Positions 1 through 10,894 are shown, counted from the stretch's first letter. The stretch is DNA of 64,000 bases from Promethearchaeota archaeon (GCA_016840165.1 JAEOSU010000029.1:1-64000); one strand, 5' to 3'. Numbers and translations: made by a program. The notes: generated from the letters alone by a model not told the origin.

Positions 1-561
1 CAACCCTTCAATCAATTTCCTCATAGTAATCAAAAGGAGTCAATTTGTTTTTTAAACGTAAGTCAACTTCATAAAAGTATGATCAATTTTAACCAATTTG
101 CCTCAATTGTGAATAATGACACGAATATACAAGCTTTAGGAATCTCTCTTCCGATATTAACTACTGATGAGTTATTATGGCAATATATTAACGATTTTCA
201 AATAATCCCAAGAGACATAGAAGAATATTTACGGGATATCGTGCTTACTTTGGCTTGCGAAAATATCACGATTAATAAAAACCATCTTACATTCTATAGA
301 GAAGGGATTGAGCCATATAATGCACACTTTTACTTTACTGAATTTGGTAAAGTTGAGAATGTAATTATTCAAAATTCAGATGGAGATTTAATTTTTGAAA
401 TTGTTAGTTTCTATCCAAAAATTCATTTTTTGATAATTACTGGAATTTGTATAGGGATTTTTGTTGTCTTAATTATATTTTATCGTATGAGAAAAAGAAG
501 AGTTCTTCGAAAGTTGAACAAAGATCGCCTTAGTAATGTACAAGAGAAAGAAAAGGCTTAA
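1..561 (+). CDS. C-terminal part of a membrane-anchored protein (5' end outside window)
   Basis: Frame 1 is open from base 1 (QPFNQFPHSN...) through the listed 79..561 ORF. Ends in one hydrophobic helix (LIITGICIGIFVVLIIFY) and a basic tail (RMRKRR). Confidence 0.75.
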   Translation, partial: QPFNQFPHSNQKESICFLNVSQLHKSMINFNQFASIVNNDTNIQALGISLPILTTDELLWQYINDFQIIPRDIEEYLRDIVLTLACENITINKNHLTFYREGIEPYNAHFYFTEFGKVENVIIQNSDGDLIFEIVSFYPKIHFLIITGICIGIFVVLIIFYRMRKRRVLRKLNKDRLSNVQEKEKA

Positions 562-974
562 ATACTGAAAAGGGAAAATTCAATTCTATAAGATTCAACG
601 AACGGTGAAGAAATATTGAAAAATTTTAAATCTTTAATCGACAGTAGCTACTATATTAAATTAATATACGAAAAATTATATATTATCGCTTCTTTATATA
701 TAGTAGTTATAGGAAATATTTGATTCTCTTATCTCTAAAAATAAATTAGAATTTTAAAAGGATATTGTCCCCTATAAAAGAGATTTAATCAATACTATGA
801 ATTTTTTCTTTTCTATTAAGAATTGAATTTGATATGCAAATTGCGTGATAAGAGAAGAAATTGAAAAAATTAGCCTAAATAATTTATTTGAGGTATTAAA
901 AAGTTGAAAAAATATTATTGCATAAAATGTAAGAGATATCATCATCGTGGTAAAATTTTTACGAGTGATTACAT

Positions 975-2282
975 ATGAGAATAAAAATCATTGAAAAACT
1001 TATTCCTATCAAACAAATTTATTCGTCGGTACAAAAAATATTTAACTCTCAATTAACCATTTCTAAGAACTCTCTCATATCTGAAGATTCTCTTCTCATC
1101 TTAGGTATTAGCGAAAAAGGGTTAATTCTGATAATTCATGCCTCCCTTGATAATGAGTTTGAGAGAACTTATTTTTCCGTTGTATTATTTAATATTCAAT
1201 CTTTAGCTGATATTTTTGAAATTCATTATGAATCAATTAAAGATGTTAAATTAGTCGAAATGATACTTCTCCAAAAATTAAAAATTGGGGATAAGAATAA
1301 GATTTATTATCCATTTACCGAATTTTCAGAGTTTCAGATTGAAACTGACCAAAGAAAAAGAAAGATTTTCAGCCTTGAGAGTAAGATTATTTCAGCAATT
1401 ATCAACGATCTTTATAAGAAGCTTGATTATTCCGATGATATTATAAAGTTTCCTTTTTCTATAACCTCTACTAACGGAAATTGGGTGGAATGGGAGGAGC
1501 TTTATCATCCATATCTTAATTCAATCGAAAATGGAATAAAAAATTGTGGAGTAGAATATACCAAAATATATCGTAATTATGATTTTGCGCTTGAAACTGA
1601 TATCTTCCAGCGAATGTTTGATCTAGTTTTGATCTCAAAACAAGAAACTAATCCTGATGTCTTAACCCAACTTAATGAGGAAGGTCCTCTTTATGATTAT
1701 GAAATTACCTTTATCTATTGTAATCGCTCCTTTAATCCCTATTCTTATATGGATTTACTAAAATTTATGAATGAAATAAAAAATTTTTCAAGCAAGTTTA
1801 AAGCCGAAAAGGAAAAGGTATGTTTTAACATCAGAATGAACCTAATTTTAATTTCCGCAGCGGGATATTCACCCAAAATTAATAAATATTTAAGAAACCA
1901 TCTTTATCGAGAAATTCATTATACTATTCCCCTCATAGTAGTACCACCGATGAAAGATGATGTATGGCATAACTTTTTTGAGTATGAAGAGCTCATTGAT
2001 TCTAAACAAAAAAAGAGAGAAGAATTAGGTAATATTATTCGTATTAGTAAAATACACGAAGTTTCTCCTTCCTTTCGAGTTACTCGGTTAAAGGATGCCA
2101 AGAGTGAATATGAGGAAATTATTGAAAGGGAACGAATGGCAAAAATCGATAAAAATTATCTAACTAAATGGTTTTGGATATTGAATATTCCTAAATCGAG
2201 TGATATTTTATCTCAAGAGAGAAAGGATAAACCAGATGATGAATCACCAAGGATAATTTCAGAGAAAATTGAAATACTCTAA
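975..2282 (+). CDS. Hypothetical protein with possible degenerate PD-(D/E)XK/Mrr-like domain
   Basis: 435-aa ORF. RMFDLVL...YEITFIYCN...LILISAAGYS resembles the restriction-endonuclease-like core, but there is no clear ExK/QxK. Confidence 0.6.
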   Translation: MRIKIIEKLIPIKQIYSSVQKIFNSQLTISKNSLISEDSLLILGISEKGLILIIHASLDNEFERTYFSVVLFNIQSLADIFEIHYESIKDVKLVEMILLQKLKIGDKNKIYYPFTEFSEFQIETDQRKRKIFSLESKIISAIINDLYKKLDYSDDIIKFPFSITSTNGNWVEWEELYHPYLNSIENGIKNCGVEYTKIYRNYDFALETDIFQRMFDLVLISKQETNPDVLTQLNEEGPLYDYEITFIYCNRSFNPYSYMDLLKFMNEIKNFSSKFKAEKEKVCFNIRMNLILISAAGYSPKINKYLRNHLYREIHYTIPLIVVPPMKDDVWHNFFEYEELIDSKQKKREELGNIIRISKIHEVSPSFRVTRLKDAKSEYEEIIERERMAKIDKNYLTKWFWILNIPKSSDILSQERKDKPDDESPRIISEKIEIL

Positions 2283-2340
2283 TAAAATTTAATCTTTAGT
2301 TCAATCAACGAAAAAAAAAAATAAATAATTACTATTTATA

Positions 2341-2739
2341 TTATTGCTTATTTTCTCGTAAGTAAGCATAAATATTGAGGGCAATAAGGACGAAAATAAT
2401 GATTACATCCATTACTTCTGAAGTGAAACTCGTTACTGTATGACTAGGATCGAATAGATAAATGAGATTTAAGATATTCATTCCAATTAACCAAAGTATA
2501 GAGAATTCAAGAAGTATTTTTAATTGTATCCAATCATTCCGTAAGAGCCCGATAATTCCCATAATTCCCAATATAAAACAACTAACTCCCCAAAGTCTCC
2601 AGAATTGAAGGCTAAAGGATGGGGACTCAATCATTACCGCATAAATTTCGGGAATAAATAGATATAGTACTCCATAAATTAGCGCTGCGAGAATGTTAAT
2701 GATTAAAACAATTTTAAGAAATTTTGATAATTCAGCCAT
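2341..2739 (-). CDS. Four-helix membrane protein of unknown function
   Basis: Four hydrophobic segments. ATG at 2739 preferred over GTG at 2748. Confidence 0.75.
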   Translation of the reverse strand: MAELSKFLKIVLIINILAALIYGVLYLFIPEIYAVMIESPSFSLQFWRLWGVSCFILGIMGIIGLLRNDWIQLKILLEFSILWLIGMNILNLIYLFDPSHTVTSFTSEVMDVIIIFVLIALNIYAYLRENKQ

Positions 2740-2891
2740 TTTTTGCACGTTTATTTGTGGATTTCATTAACTTATAGTTAATAATTTGAGTTAGTTTTTA
2801 ATTTGTATATAAATTTTCACAATTAAGTCTAGATAATTTAAATTACTCATACCTGTAATGGCGAAAATCTTTTATCTATCGATTAACTTAT

Positions 2892-5477
2892 TTAAACCAT
2901 TGTATGTTCTGTTCTAGAGATAACTTCATCCTGAATCTCTTTCCCTAAATCCGTAAAATAAGCCGAATAGCCTCCGACTTTAACAACTATATTTCTATAA
3001 GGTTCTGGATTTTGTTGAGCAGCTTTTAATACTTCCGTAGATACTACTGTTGGTTGAAGCTGTTGCCCTCCTAAGCTAAAATATGTTTTGATAAGAGATA
3101 CCCATTTGTTTCTAGCCTCTCTTGTTTTTCCAATTCCAGAAGGATGCATCCTTATATTAACTGCACAGCCACAAACCTCTGAAAAATCTAGAGCCGCAAC
3201 AGATCGCATTACGCCCGTTGGTCCATTTTTTTCTACATTATATGGATTACAGCTTGCAGCGAACGGTTTTCCAGCCAATCTCCCATCTGGTGATGCAATT
3301 CCGATTCGACCATCATACGTATGAGAAGTCATTGAGATAATGAACGGAGCGTAGACTCCTCCTTTATACGTCTTATATTTATAAGTCTCTTCAAATATGT
3401 GGCTGGTAACTTCTCGAGCAAGGTCATCGCATTCGGAGTAGCCATTCCCCCATTTTCCCTCAACATCCAAAACCATTTGATGGATTGATTGATATTCATC
3501 AGTGAAATTTTCATCAATTGCCTTAAGTAACTCCTTAAAATTGAATTTTTTTTGTTCGAAGATGAGTTTTTTAATAACATATAAAGAATCTACTATATTG
3601 GCAATACTATTCATTAAGAGAATTCCTTCCGCATCGTAAAAGGCGCCTCCTTGCGTGACATCTTTTTTATTTTTAAAGCATCCTCCCATGAATGCAGAGA
3701 TGAAAGGAGCGGGTAAAACTTTAGCAAATAATTTATCCCGTATATAAGTCGCTTCGACAATTTTTTTAATTACAAAATTAATTTGCTGATAAAAAGCATC
3801 GAGAAACTCGTCAAATGAATTAAAATTATCGGGATCTCCTGTTTTCAACCCCACATCTTCTACTAACCCTCCAATAGTTAAACAGTTACCATTTCGAAGC
3901 GTCATATCTAAAGTTCTACATAATAATAAGGCCGAAAAACTAATTCCTCCAGTTTTTCCAGGACTGCACATATCAACGCATCCTGTTATTGAAAAAGCAT
4001 TTGCATCCTTTTCTCTAATTCCACGCTTCTTTAGAGCCTCAATACACACTTGGTCATTTAATAATGAGATACTAGAATAACCATTATATTGTATTTCAGC
4101 TACCTTCAAATATAATTCTTCAGGAGTATTTTCATGATACCGAATGGCAAAATTTAGAGAGGCTTTTGATCGATCTGCTGCTTCTAAAATTACATAGGTA
4201 AGATCATTTGTCGCATCCTCTCCCTCTTCATTTAAACCTCCAAGGGTCACTGGTTCTGAACCCTCAAACCTTTGACTAAAATCGCTTACAGCATTAGAAT
4301 AAGGACGGATATTATGACTCATAATATTTAAAACTAATTCTTCAAAGAGTTCTCGTGCCTCTTCTCGAGTTATTAGGCCTTTTTTAATATCTGATTGGTA
4401 AAAATGATAAAAGATTTGGTCTAATCGACCGGGACCATGAACATTAAACGGAACAGCTAAATCAACTACCGTTTTAAGCACCCAAAATGTTTGTATTGCT
4501 TCACGTAGCGTTGTTGGAGGAGAAGTTGGGATTTTATTACAAGCATCATACATTATTGCCAAACATCTTTTCCTTTCCGGATCGCTGGTATTTTCAAGTT
4601 CTTCTTTTAATTTTTCTGCCAGTCGACGTGAAAATATCAATACTGCCTCTAGGGTGATTTCAATAGATTGTAAGAACTCTTTTTGTTCGGTGGTTAAATC
4701 TTTATAATTTTCTCTTTCTTCTTGAACTTCCTTGAGCATAGCTAAGAAACCCTTCTTCAAGACAGTTTTATAATCAAGTACTAAATGACCCTGCCATGTT
4801 CCAATCACCGCACAAGGAGAAATAACAATATCATTTTGAGCAGTCTTTAAAGGTAAATGAGATAAAAATTCATATGCCTCTCCAGTATATACAGTAGAAT
4901 TTGCATATTCTTCTTCAAGCATATCTGCGAGGGTTTTATTTTTCCAATATGGGATTAATTGCTCTAAGAGCACTTTTTTATCTTTCTCTCGTATATGATA
5001 CGGATTAATTCTTCGTTTATCAAGAGTATCAGTTCCAAGAGTTGTGATAGGTGCCCCTATTTTCTTGGTATTTTCCAATAATTCACGGAGTCCATCGGGG
5101 CCTATCTTGTTTGTCATATATGCTAAGTAGTTATTATTGCTTTCTTTCATGTATCTTTTCATTGTTTTTGCGTCAAGTTCAATTTCAAAAACATTGTTCC
5201 ATATTCCACGTTCTACGTCGACGGGGATTCCAATAAAATTTTCCGTCCATTTCCCCGCGATTCTATCATCAGGATCTATATAAAGAGTCATATTTTCTAG
5301 AACATTTTTCATTGAAAGTGCAACTCTTACTCCAAGAGATAAGCCTTTATTTTCAGTTTCCTCCCATTTCTCTGTATATAATTTAGCTCGCTCAATAGAA
5401 ATGATAGCATTTTCATCAAGGAGTCTTCTCCTTATTCTTTTTATCCTCTCGCTTGCATTATCAATTAATTCTAACAT
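2892..5477 (-). CDS. Glycyl radical enzyme (PFL2/glycerol dehydratase-like family)
   Basis: 861 aa. ISIERA N-terminal motif, GRLDQ, TLGG, Cys loop GCVD, ASPDGR and C-terminal VKVGGYSAYF...QDEVISRT. Confidence 0.93.
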   Translation of the reverse strand: MLELIDNASERIKRIRRRLLDENAIISIERAKLYTEKWEETENKGLSLGVRVALSMKNVLENMTLYIDPDDRIAGKWTENFIGIPVDVERGIWNNVFEIELDAKTMKRYMKESNNNYLAYMTNKIGPDGLRELLENTKKIGAPITTLGTDTLDKRRINPYHIREKDKKVLLEQLIPYWKNKTLADMLEEEYANSTVYTGEAYEFLSHLPLKTAQNDIVISPCAVIGTWQGHLVLDYKTVLKKGFLAMLKEVQEERENYKDLTTEQKEFLQSIEITLEAVLIFSRRLAEKLKEELENTSDPERKRCLAIMYDACNKIPTSPPTTLREAIQTFWVLKTVVDLAVPFNVHGPGRLDQIFYHFYQSDIKKGLITREEARELFEELVLNIMSHNIRPYSNAVSDFSQRFEGSEPVTLGGLNEEGEDATNDLTYVILEAADRSKASLNFAIRYHENTPEELYLKVAEIQYNGYSSISLLNDQVCIEALKKRGIREKDANAFSITGCVDMCSPGKTGGISFSALLLCRTLDMTLRNGNCLTIGGLVEDVGLKTGDPDNFNSFDEFLDAFYQQINFVIKKIVEATYIRDKLFAKVLPAPFISAFMGGCFKNKKDVTQGGAFYDAEGILLMNSIANIVDSLYVIKKLIFEQKKFNFKELLKAIDENFTDEYQSIHQMVLDVEGKWGNGYSECDDLAREVTSHIFEETYKYKTYKGGVYAPFIISMTSHTYDGRIGIASPDGRLAGKPFAASCNPYNVEKNGPTGVMRSVAALDFSEVCGCAVNIRMHPSGIGKTREARNKWVSLIKTYFSLGGQQLQPTVVSTEVLKAAQQNPEPYRNIVVKVGGYSAYFTDLGKEIQDEVISRTEHTMV

Positions 5478-5601
5478 TTTTTACCATATCCTAAACAAAA
5501 CGGATGCTATTTTGAGTTTTAATAAAAGAATTGAATATAAGTTATATCTTAACAGATTCAATTAAGAATTATAACGGAGAAATATTTATAATTTACTTAT
5601 T

Positions 5602-7014
5602 TTAATGAACTTTAACACCTTGTTTTATAAGATGGTTTTGAACTTCTAAAATATTAACCATTCTACTTGGAACATTTTCTTTAAGAGAAATTGCAGAAGC
5701 AATCCCCACACCTTGACCTGTCACAATGCAGCAGCACATTTGACGGGTTGCAGCATGCGAGATTTTATCCCCTGCTACACACCGTCCCGCAACAAGTAAA
5801 TTTTCAACATTTTGTGGAACACATATTCCAAAGGGAACATGAAAATATCGACCTTTTTTAGGTAAAATTGCTACACCATATCCATCTATAAATTCGGGGC
5901 ATATACCAATAGAATCCTTGAATCGTGCTTGGTTTCTTACCTCATGTTCATTAATATTATATGTTCCGATAATTTTTCTTGACTCTCTTGTTCCTAAGGA
6001 TGTTCCAATGGTTCTTAACTTTGCTTTTTTGAATCCAGGGGTATATCTTTTCAATGCATTGATGGCATCCAAAACTCTCTTTCTTCCTTCAATTTCTGCG
6101 GTAGTAAGATCCCACACATCAGTTGGGTCAATATTATAGAGGTGGATCCCATCCATTGAAATGATCTCTCCCTCATCGGTATAACTCGACCAATAGCTTT
6201 CAATTTTTATATTATCCATCATTCGAATTTCACCTGCTTCCTGGGCTTTACGAAATGGTTCTACTAGATAGGTACTGAATCCATCTTTATCCGCAGTCTC
6301 CCCCCAATCACTTAATTTTCCAGGATTCAAATACACATACATTAAAAACTTTCCAATATTTACCCCTTTACATCCAAAATTTACTGTTGTCTCCATTAAT
6401 TCATGTTTTGGTTTTTTTCTAAATGGAGCACCAGCAAAATGTGCCATATCCGCATCTCCAGTAGCATCTATGACTCGTTTTGCTAATATTGCTTGCCTTC
6501 CAGACTTACTTTCTGTAATAACACCAGTTATAATATTATCTTCCATAATTGCGTCTACTACCATGCAATGCAATAAGACTTTTACTCCCGCCTCTTCAAG
6601 CATTTGATCGATTAAGCATTTGAACATTTCTGTATCCAAAATCTTAAATGTAGGTTTTCCATTAATCATCAATCCATCTGCTTCTAAAGTCTTCACCATG
6701 TCTTTATTCTTGACTTTTCCAAGTACATCAATTACAGCATCCATTTTTTCTGCTCGTTCTTCAAACTCTTTAGCTATCCCCTCAGCATCGACAGTATCGG
6801 CATATCTATACCATGCAGTAGTCCCAATCATGGATTGGGTAATAACACCTCCACAAAAACCATATCGTTCTATGAGCATAGTGTCGACACCTTCTCTAGC
6901 AGCCGCAATTGCCGCAGAGATGCCCGCAGGTCCTCCTCCTACAACTAGAACCCCAGTCTCAGCAAAAACCGGAATTTTTCGCGAAGGTTCTGTAATTAAT
7001 TCAATATTGTTCAT
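5602..7014 (-). CDS. FAD-dependent oxidoreductase (FAD_oxidored family)
   Basis: VVGGGPAG Rossmann motif, IDATGDAD, RESRKI, LLVAGRC. Confidence 0.9.
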   Translation of the reverse strand: MNNIELITEPSRKIPVFAETGVLVVGGGPAGISAAIAAAREGVDTMLIERYGFCGGVITQSMIGTTAWYRYADTVDAEGIAKEFEERAEKMDAVIDVLGKVKNKDMVKTLEADGLMINGKPTFKILDTEMFKCLIDQMLEEAGVKVLLHCMVVDAIMEDNIITGVITESKSGRQAILAKRVIDATGDADMAHFAGAPFRKKPKHELMETTVNFGCKGVNIGKFLMYVYLNPGKLSDWGETADKDGFSTYLVEPFRKAQEAGEIRMMDNIKIESYWSSYTDEGEIISMDGIHLYNIDPTDVWDLTTAEIEGRKRVLDAINALKRYTPGFKKAKLRTIGTSLGTRESRKIIGTYNINEHEVRNQARFKDSIGICPEFIDGYGVAILPKKGRYFHVPFGICVPQNVENLLVAGRCVAGDKISHAATRQMCCCIVTGQGVGIASAISLKENVPSRMVNILEVQNHLIKQGVKVH

Positions 7015-7044
7015 GATATTTGTTCCAAAAAATATAGATATAAT

Positions 7045-7785
7045 TTAGGAATATAATATAGAATCTGGTTTAAACTTACTTAATTTCTTGCTTAATAACT
7101 CTATAGAAAAATCTTTTCCATGTGCTGGATATATCCGTTTCCCTTTTAAGTTAACATATTGCTTCCAGCTCTCAAAGATGAGATTCAAATCCTGAATAAA
7201 AAGGGGTCTTTTTTGTAATCCAAGGATATTAAAATACCATGCATTCATAGCATTATCCCCAGGAAATACAGATCCATCATCCAAAATAATCGAAATACCA
7301 TCCTCTGTATGACCTGGTGTATGAATGATAACTCCTTCTAATCCTATGTCCCTTAAAACCTCATGATTGTCCTGAGATCCTTTTAATCGCTTAACATTAT
7401 CATAGGGAATAACTGGGGGATATTGAAATTCATGAAATTTATTAAAGAATCCAAAAACAAATCTTACTCTTCGGTTTAGTGGCCGAGACTTTATCTCTGA
7501 TAGTCCTAATTTTAATCTCTTGAGCGCATTTTCATGGACAATCAAACTCGCTTTTGATTCTTCTAATAAATTTGCTGCGAAACCTGCGTGATCATCATGA
7601 TGATGAGTAAGAATTAGATGTGCTATTTCGTTAATCTCGATATTATATTTCTTTTTTAATCTTTGCTTGTATTTCGAATAATCTTTTGGATATCCCGTGT
7701 CTATTTGGAGATAGCCATCTTTACACTCTAATAGATAGCAGTTAGTAAAACCTACTTTTACAAATTGATGTTTAAATTTTCCCAT
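7045..7785 (-). CDS. Metallo-beta-lactamase-fold hydrolase
   Basis: IDTG, THHHDDH, TPGHT, GD, PAHG. Confidence 0.9.
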   Translation of the reverse strand: MGKFKHQFVKVGFTNCYLLECKDGYLQIDTGYPKDYSKYKQRLKKKYNIEINEIAHLILTHHHDDHAGFAANLLEESKASLIVHENALKRLKLGLSEIKSRPLNRRVRFVFGFFNKFHEFQYPPVIPYDNVKRLKGSQDNHEVLRDIGLEGVIIHTPGHTEDGISIILDDGSVFPGDNAMNAWYFNILGLQKRPLFIQDLNLIFESWKQYVNLKGKRIYPAHGKDFSIELLSKKLSKFKPDSILYS

Positions 7786-7954
7786 ATTCGTATTTTTATA
7801 TTATTTATTGAAAAATATATAGATCATCTTTAATAATGATTGGGAACCAGTAATAATAGAAAAATTGGACTCTAGAAATTTCATATTAAGTATGAATTTT
7901 AAGATAATTGAGTTCAAATAACTTGGAAATTTAATTAAATTAGTGATTAAAATT

Positions 7955-8416
7955 ATGAATAAAATATGGATAATACATAATTCTGAGCATGGAAATTCTG
8001 AAAAGATTTCACACCAACTTGCCGAGGGTTTGAAAGATGAATATGAGGTAACTGTCAAGAGCATTAGAGGACTTACTCCTGAGGAAGTTGCTAAGGAAGA
8101 ACCCTATGGATTAATTGTTGCCCTCCGAGTTCTTGCTTTTAGAGCCGATAATGAAATGCGAGCTTTTTTAGTGAAATTAGATAAACTAATACAGAAACCG
8201 ATTTCTAAAATTGCTTATTTTTTTACTCATGCATTAAAATGGAAGAAGCTCTTCGCAAAAGGGATGGACAAAACTCTAAAGAAAATTGGTTGTGTAGAAG
8301 AAATCTGTCCAGAGTTCCTGGAAGTAAAAATGGAGAAGGCTGAAGGTCCCGCTGTAGAAGGTTCTGATGAAAAGATCAATGAGTACGTTTCAACGTTAAA
8401 GAACTTTTTAAAATAA
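7955..8416 (+). CDS. Flavodoxin-like protein
   Basis: IWIIHNSEHGNSEKISHQLAEGL phosphate-loop-like N-terminus; ~150-aa alpha/beta pattern. Confidence 0.75.
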   Translation: MNKIWIIHNSEHGNSEKISHQLAEGLKDEYEVTVKSIRGLTPEEVAKEEPYGLIVALRVLAFRADNEMRAFLVKLDKLIQKPISKIAYFFTHALKWKKLFAKGMDKTLKKIGCVEEICPEFLEVKMEKAEGPAVEGSDEKINEYVSTLKNFLK

Positions 8417-8494
8417 AATAACCCATAAATTACTTTTTATTTTCTTTTATTATATTTTTAATGATAGACCTAAAATCATTACCGTGGATGGAAT

Positions 8495-9334
8495 ATGGGA
8501 AAAATAAAGGATGAAAAATATAAAGAAAAATATGGAATTCAAATTGGATTTTCTGAAAATGGTCTTCCATATGCTCGAATCGGAAATAGTGCAGAAGTAT
8601 TACTAAATATTGAAGCTTTATCATTCACCAATGAGCCTCCTTCAGGCTTCATGTTAAAACAGTTCATGAGATCAGCTAAAGAATTCTCAAAAGAATATAC
8701 TGTATATCTTGTTGGGCGTAAACAAAACTTACCTGAAAATTATTCTTTTGATAAAATGGCTTATGATTATGCTGAAATGATCCGAAAGGAATTTAATAAG
8801 CCTGTTAATATAATAGGAGCATCAACAGGAGGACAAATAGCACAATTTCTTGCAGCTAATCATCCTGATGTCGTAAAAAGACTTGTAATTATTTCTGCCT
8901 CATATAAAGTAAGTAAAAAGGGAGCAGAAATCGAGAAAAGAGCAGCAAAATATTTTAAACAAGAAAAATATGGAAAAGCGCTCGCAACAATATTAGATTT
9001 AATTATTTCCTCAAAAATCACCGGAGCTTTCCTAAAATTCTTTACGCGATTATTAGGGAAGAGATTTATTGGGGAGATAAAATATCCAAATGATTTCTTA
9101 AATGAAGTCCGGGGAGATGTTGAAATGAATTTCAAAGACAGGTTAAAAGACATTAGGGCACCAACTTTAGTGTTAAGTGGGAAATTGGATATAGAATATA
9201 CACCTGAACTCGTACGTGAGACTGCGGAGGGTATTCCTAATTCTAGATTAATCCTTTACGACGGTTATGGACATAATCTTGCAGGAAGATGGAAAGTTAT
9301 TAAACAAGATATCCTTAATTTTTTAAATAATTAG
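8495..9334 (+). CDS. Alpha/beta hydrolase
   Basis: Nucleophile elbow GASTGG, PTLVLSGKLD, GYGH. Confidence 0.88.
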   Translation: MGKIKDEKYKEKYGIQIGFSENGLPYARIGNSAEVLLNIEALSFTNEPPSGFMLKQFMRSAKEFSKEYTVYLVGRKQNLPENYSFDKMAYDYAEMIRKEFNKPVNIIGASTGGQIAQFLAANHPDVVKRLVIISASYKVSKKGAEIEKRAAKYFKQEKYGKALATILDLIISSKITGAFLKFFTRLLGKRFIGEIKYPNDFLNEVRGDVEMNFKDRLKDIRAPTLVLSGKLDIEYTPELVRETAEGIPNSRLILYDGYGHNLAGRWKVIKQDILNFLNN

Positions 9335-9359
9335 AATTATCTATTTTAATAGTAACTCA

Positions 9360-9571
9360 ATGTATCTGGTTTATTTTATTCCTAAATTGTACGGTATTAC
9401 TTATCCCAAGTCGAAAAAAACTTTTAAATTATTTCTTTTCAATTACAGTCGCCTCTGCTTCCTCAAGCTTGGTAGCCATCATATCAGGAGTACTACTACC
9501 TGTTATTCGTGCGCTTCCGCAATCTTCTTGGTTCTCCCCGTCTGTGTGTAATATACAATTAAAATTTTCAT
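9360..9571 (-). pseudogene. Flavodoxin pseudogene remnant
   Basis: ATG at 9571 reads MKILIVYYTQTGRTKKIAEAHE then stop (classic flavodoxin N-terminus). A shifted frame continues TGSSTPDMMATKLEEAEATVIEKK then stop. Too short for a full fold. Confidence 0.7.
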
Positions 9572-9761
9572 ATTTTTGGTCTTATTCTACTATAATTTCT
9601 ATCAAAGATGACAACAAATTAAACCTAGAGAGGGATTTGCATTAGGATTTTGGCTCCCGCAAATCCCAATCCAGATGACGAAATAACCCCACAATAAATC
9701 ATTAGAAGTTATTTATTATTAAATTACTATAGTCCAATTTTTAATATTAATTAAATTATGC

Positions 9762-10256
9762 TTATTCTCGAAGGTTAGATCCACATTTGGGGCAAGTTAC
9801 TGCGGAATGTTCTATTCTGCTGCCACATTCTCGGCATATGATTAAGAGTTGATCCTCTTTGATCTTCTCTAAAAACTCAGCAATCTTCATATTGATTACT
9901 TTACGCTTAGTAGGTATTAAATGATATTGATGTCGATAGAATAAGAAAGTAAATAGGACAAGAAAAGTAGCAGGTATGAGAGATAATAGAATGTTCGTCA
10001 AAATTATGGGTAAAATTGTAAGTGGGATCAAAACAACATAAATTATAATTAACATTACAATGCAGCTCTTAGAACTGTTATTGACAAAAGTCTTCAGCTG
10101 ATTTTCAAGGTCACACTTTTTACAGTATTCATTTTTTACACCATTGACATACTTTTCAACTTTACATTGAAGACAGATATGCTTTCCACATTTCTCGCAT
10201 ATACCCGAGGCCTTTACATTCGGGTGATAGGCGCACTTTAAATTTCCTTCATACAT
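9762..10256 (-). CDS. B-box-like zinc finger + two TM helices + zinc ribbon protein
   Basis: CAYHP...CEKCGKHICLQC...CKKC, a hydrophobic hairpin, and CRECG...CPKCG. Confidence 0.8.
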   Translation of the reverse strand: MYEGNLKCAYHPNVKASGICEKCGKHICLQCKVEKYVNGVKNEYCKKCDLENQLKTFVNNSSKSCIVMLIIIYVVLIPLTILPIILTNILLSLIPATFLVLFTFLFYRHQYHLIPTKRKVINMKIAEFLEKIKEDQLLIICRECGSRIEHSAVTCPKCGSNLRE

Positions 10257-10280
10257 ATTAATCCAATGACGATTAAAAGT

Positions 10281-10742
10281 CTATTGATTTATATTTTCTT
10301 TTCTACTTTTTCTTTGCATTATGAGATAATAGATTAATACTCCTAAAAATGCCCAGAAAAAGAATGAAACAATCCAGCCTATAGCATTATCGATATAAAG
10401 AGTCCCGAACACATATGAGAAACAGGCAGCATATTCTAAAAGTATGTAAGGTATATGAAGATTGATCTTTGAGCGAAAATCTATTTTAAAAACCGTGTCT
10501 AGTAAAAACTCTGCCAATAAGTAGGTAGTAATTAATAATGTATAGATAATAAGCCTCAGATCTTTACTAACAATGATAAAATTAATCATTATCACAATTA
10601 CTACAATCATCAATGCGAAAAGAACCCAACCAAATATTCTTACTGTCTTAAATTTTTTATTTGCCATTAATAATAGAGCACTAATCATCGAAATAAAAAA
10701 GATAAAGGCAGTTATGATAAATAATCCTTCAACTAAATCCAT
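10281..10742 (-). CDS. Multi-pass membrane protein
   Basis: About five hydrophobic segments; 24 nt upstream of the next gene on the same strand. Confidence 0.75.
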   Translation of the reverse strand: MDLVEGLFIITAFIFFISMISALLLMANKKFKTVRIFGWVLFALMIVVIVIMINFIIVSKDLRLIIYTLLITTYLLAEFLLDTVFKIDFRSKINLHIPYILLEYAACFSYVFGTLYIDNAIGWIVSFFFWAFLGVLIYYLIMQRKSRKENINQ

Positions 10743-10894
10743 GGCGAATCAATCCTCTGATTTTAAGAATTATTAGTATTTAATTTTATATTAAGCTTTT
10801 ACATATCTTCAAATGAGAAAAAAAAAACCTCTTATATGAAATTATCTTCATTTAATATTAATTACATCTTTGTGGAAATTTAGTGGGTTGAAAT

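Noticed and set aside
9360-9551. 63-aa plus-strand ORF
   Set aside because: Better explained as the antisense of the flavodoxin remnant.
9606-9650. SECIS-like ATGA...AAA...GA pattern
   Set aside because: The stem next to the core pairs poorly, and the upstream hydrolase gene has no in-frame TGA.
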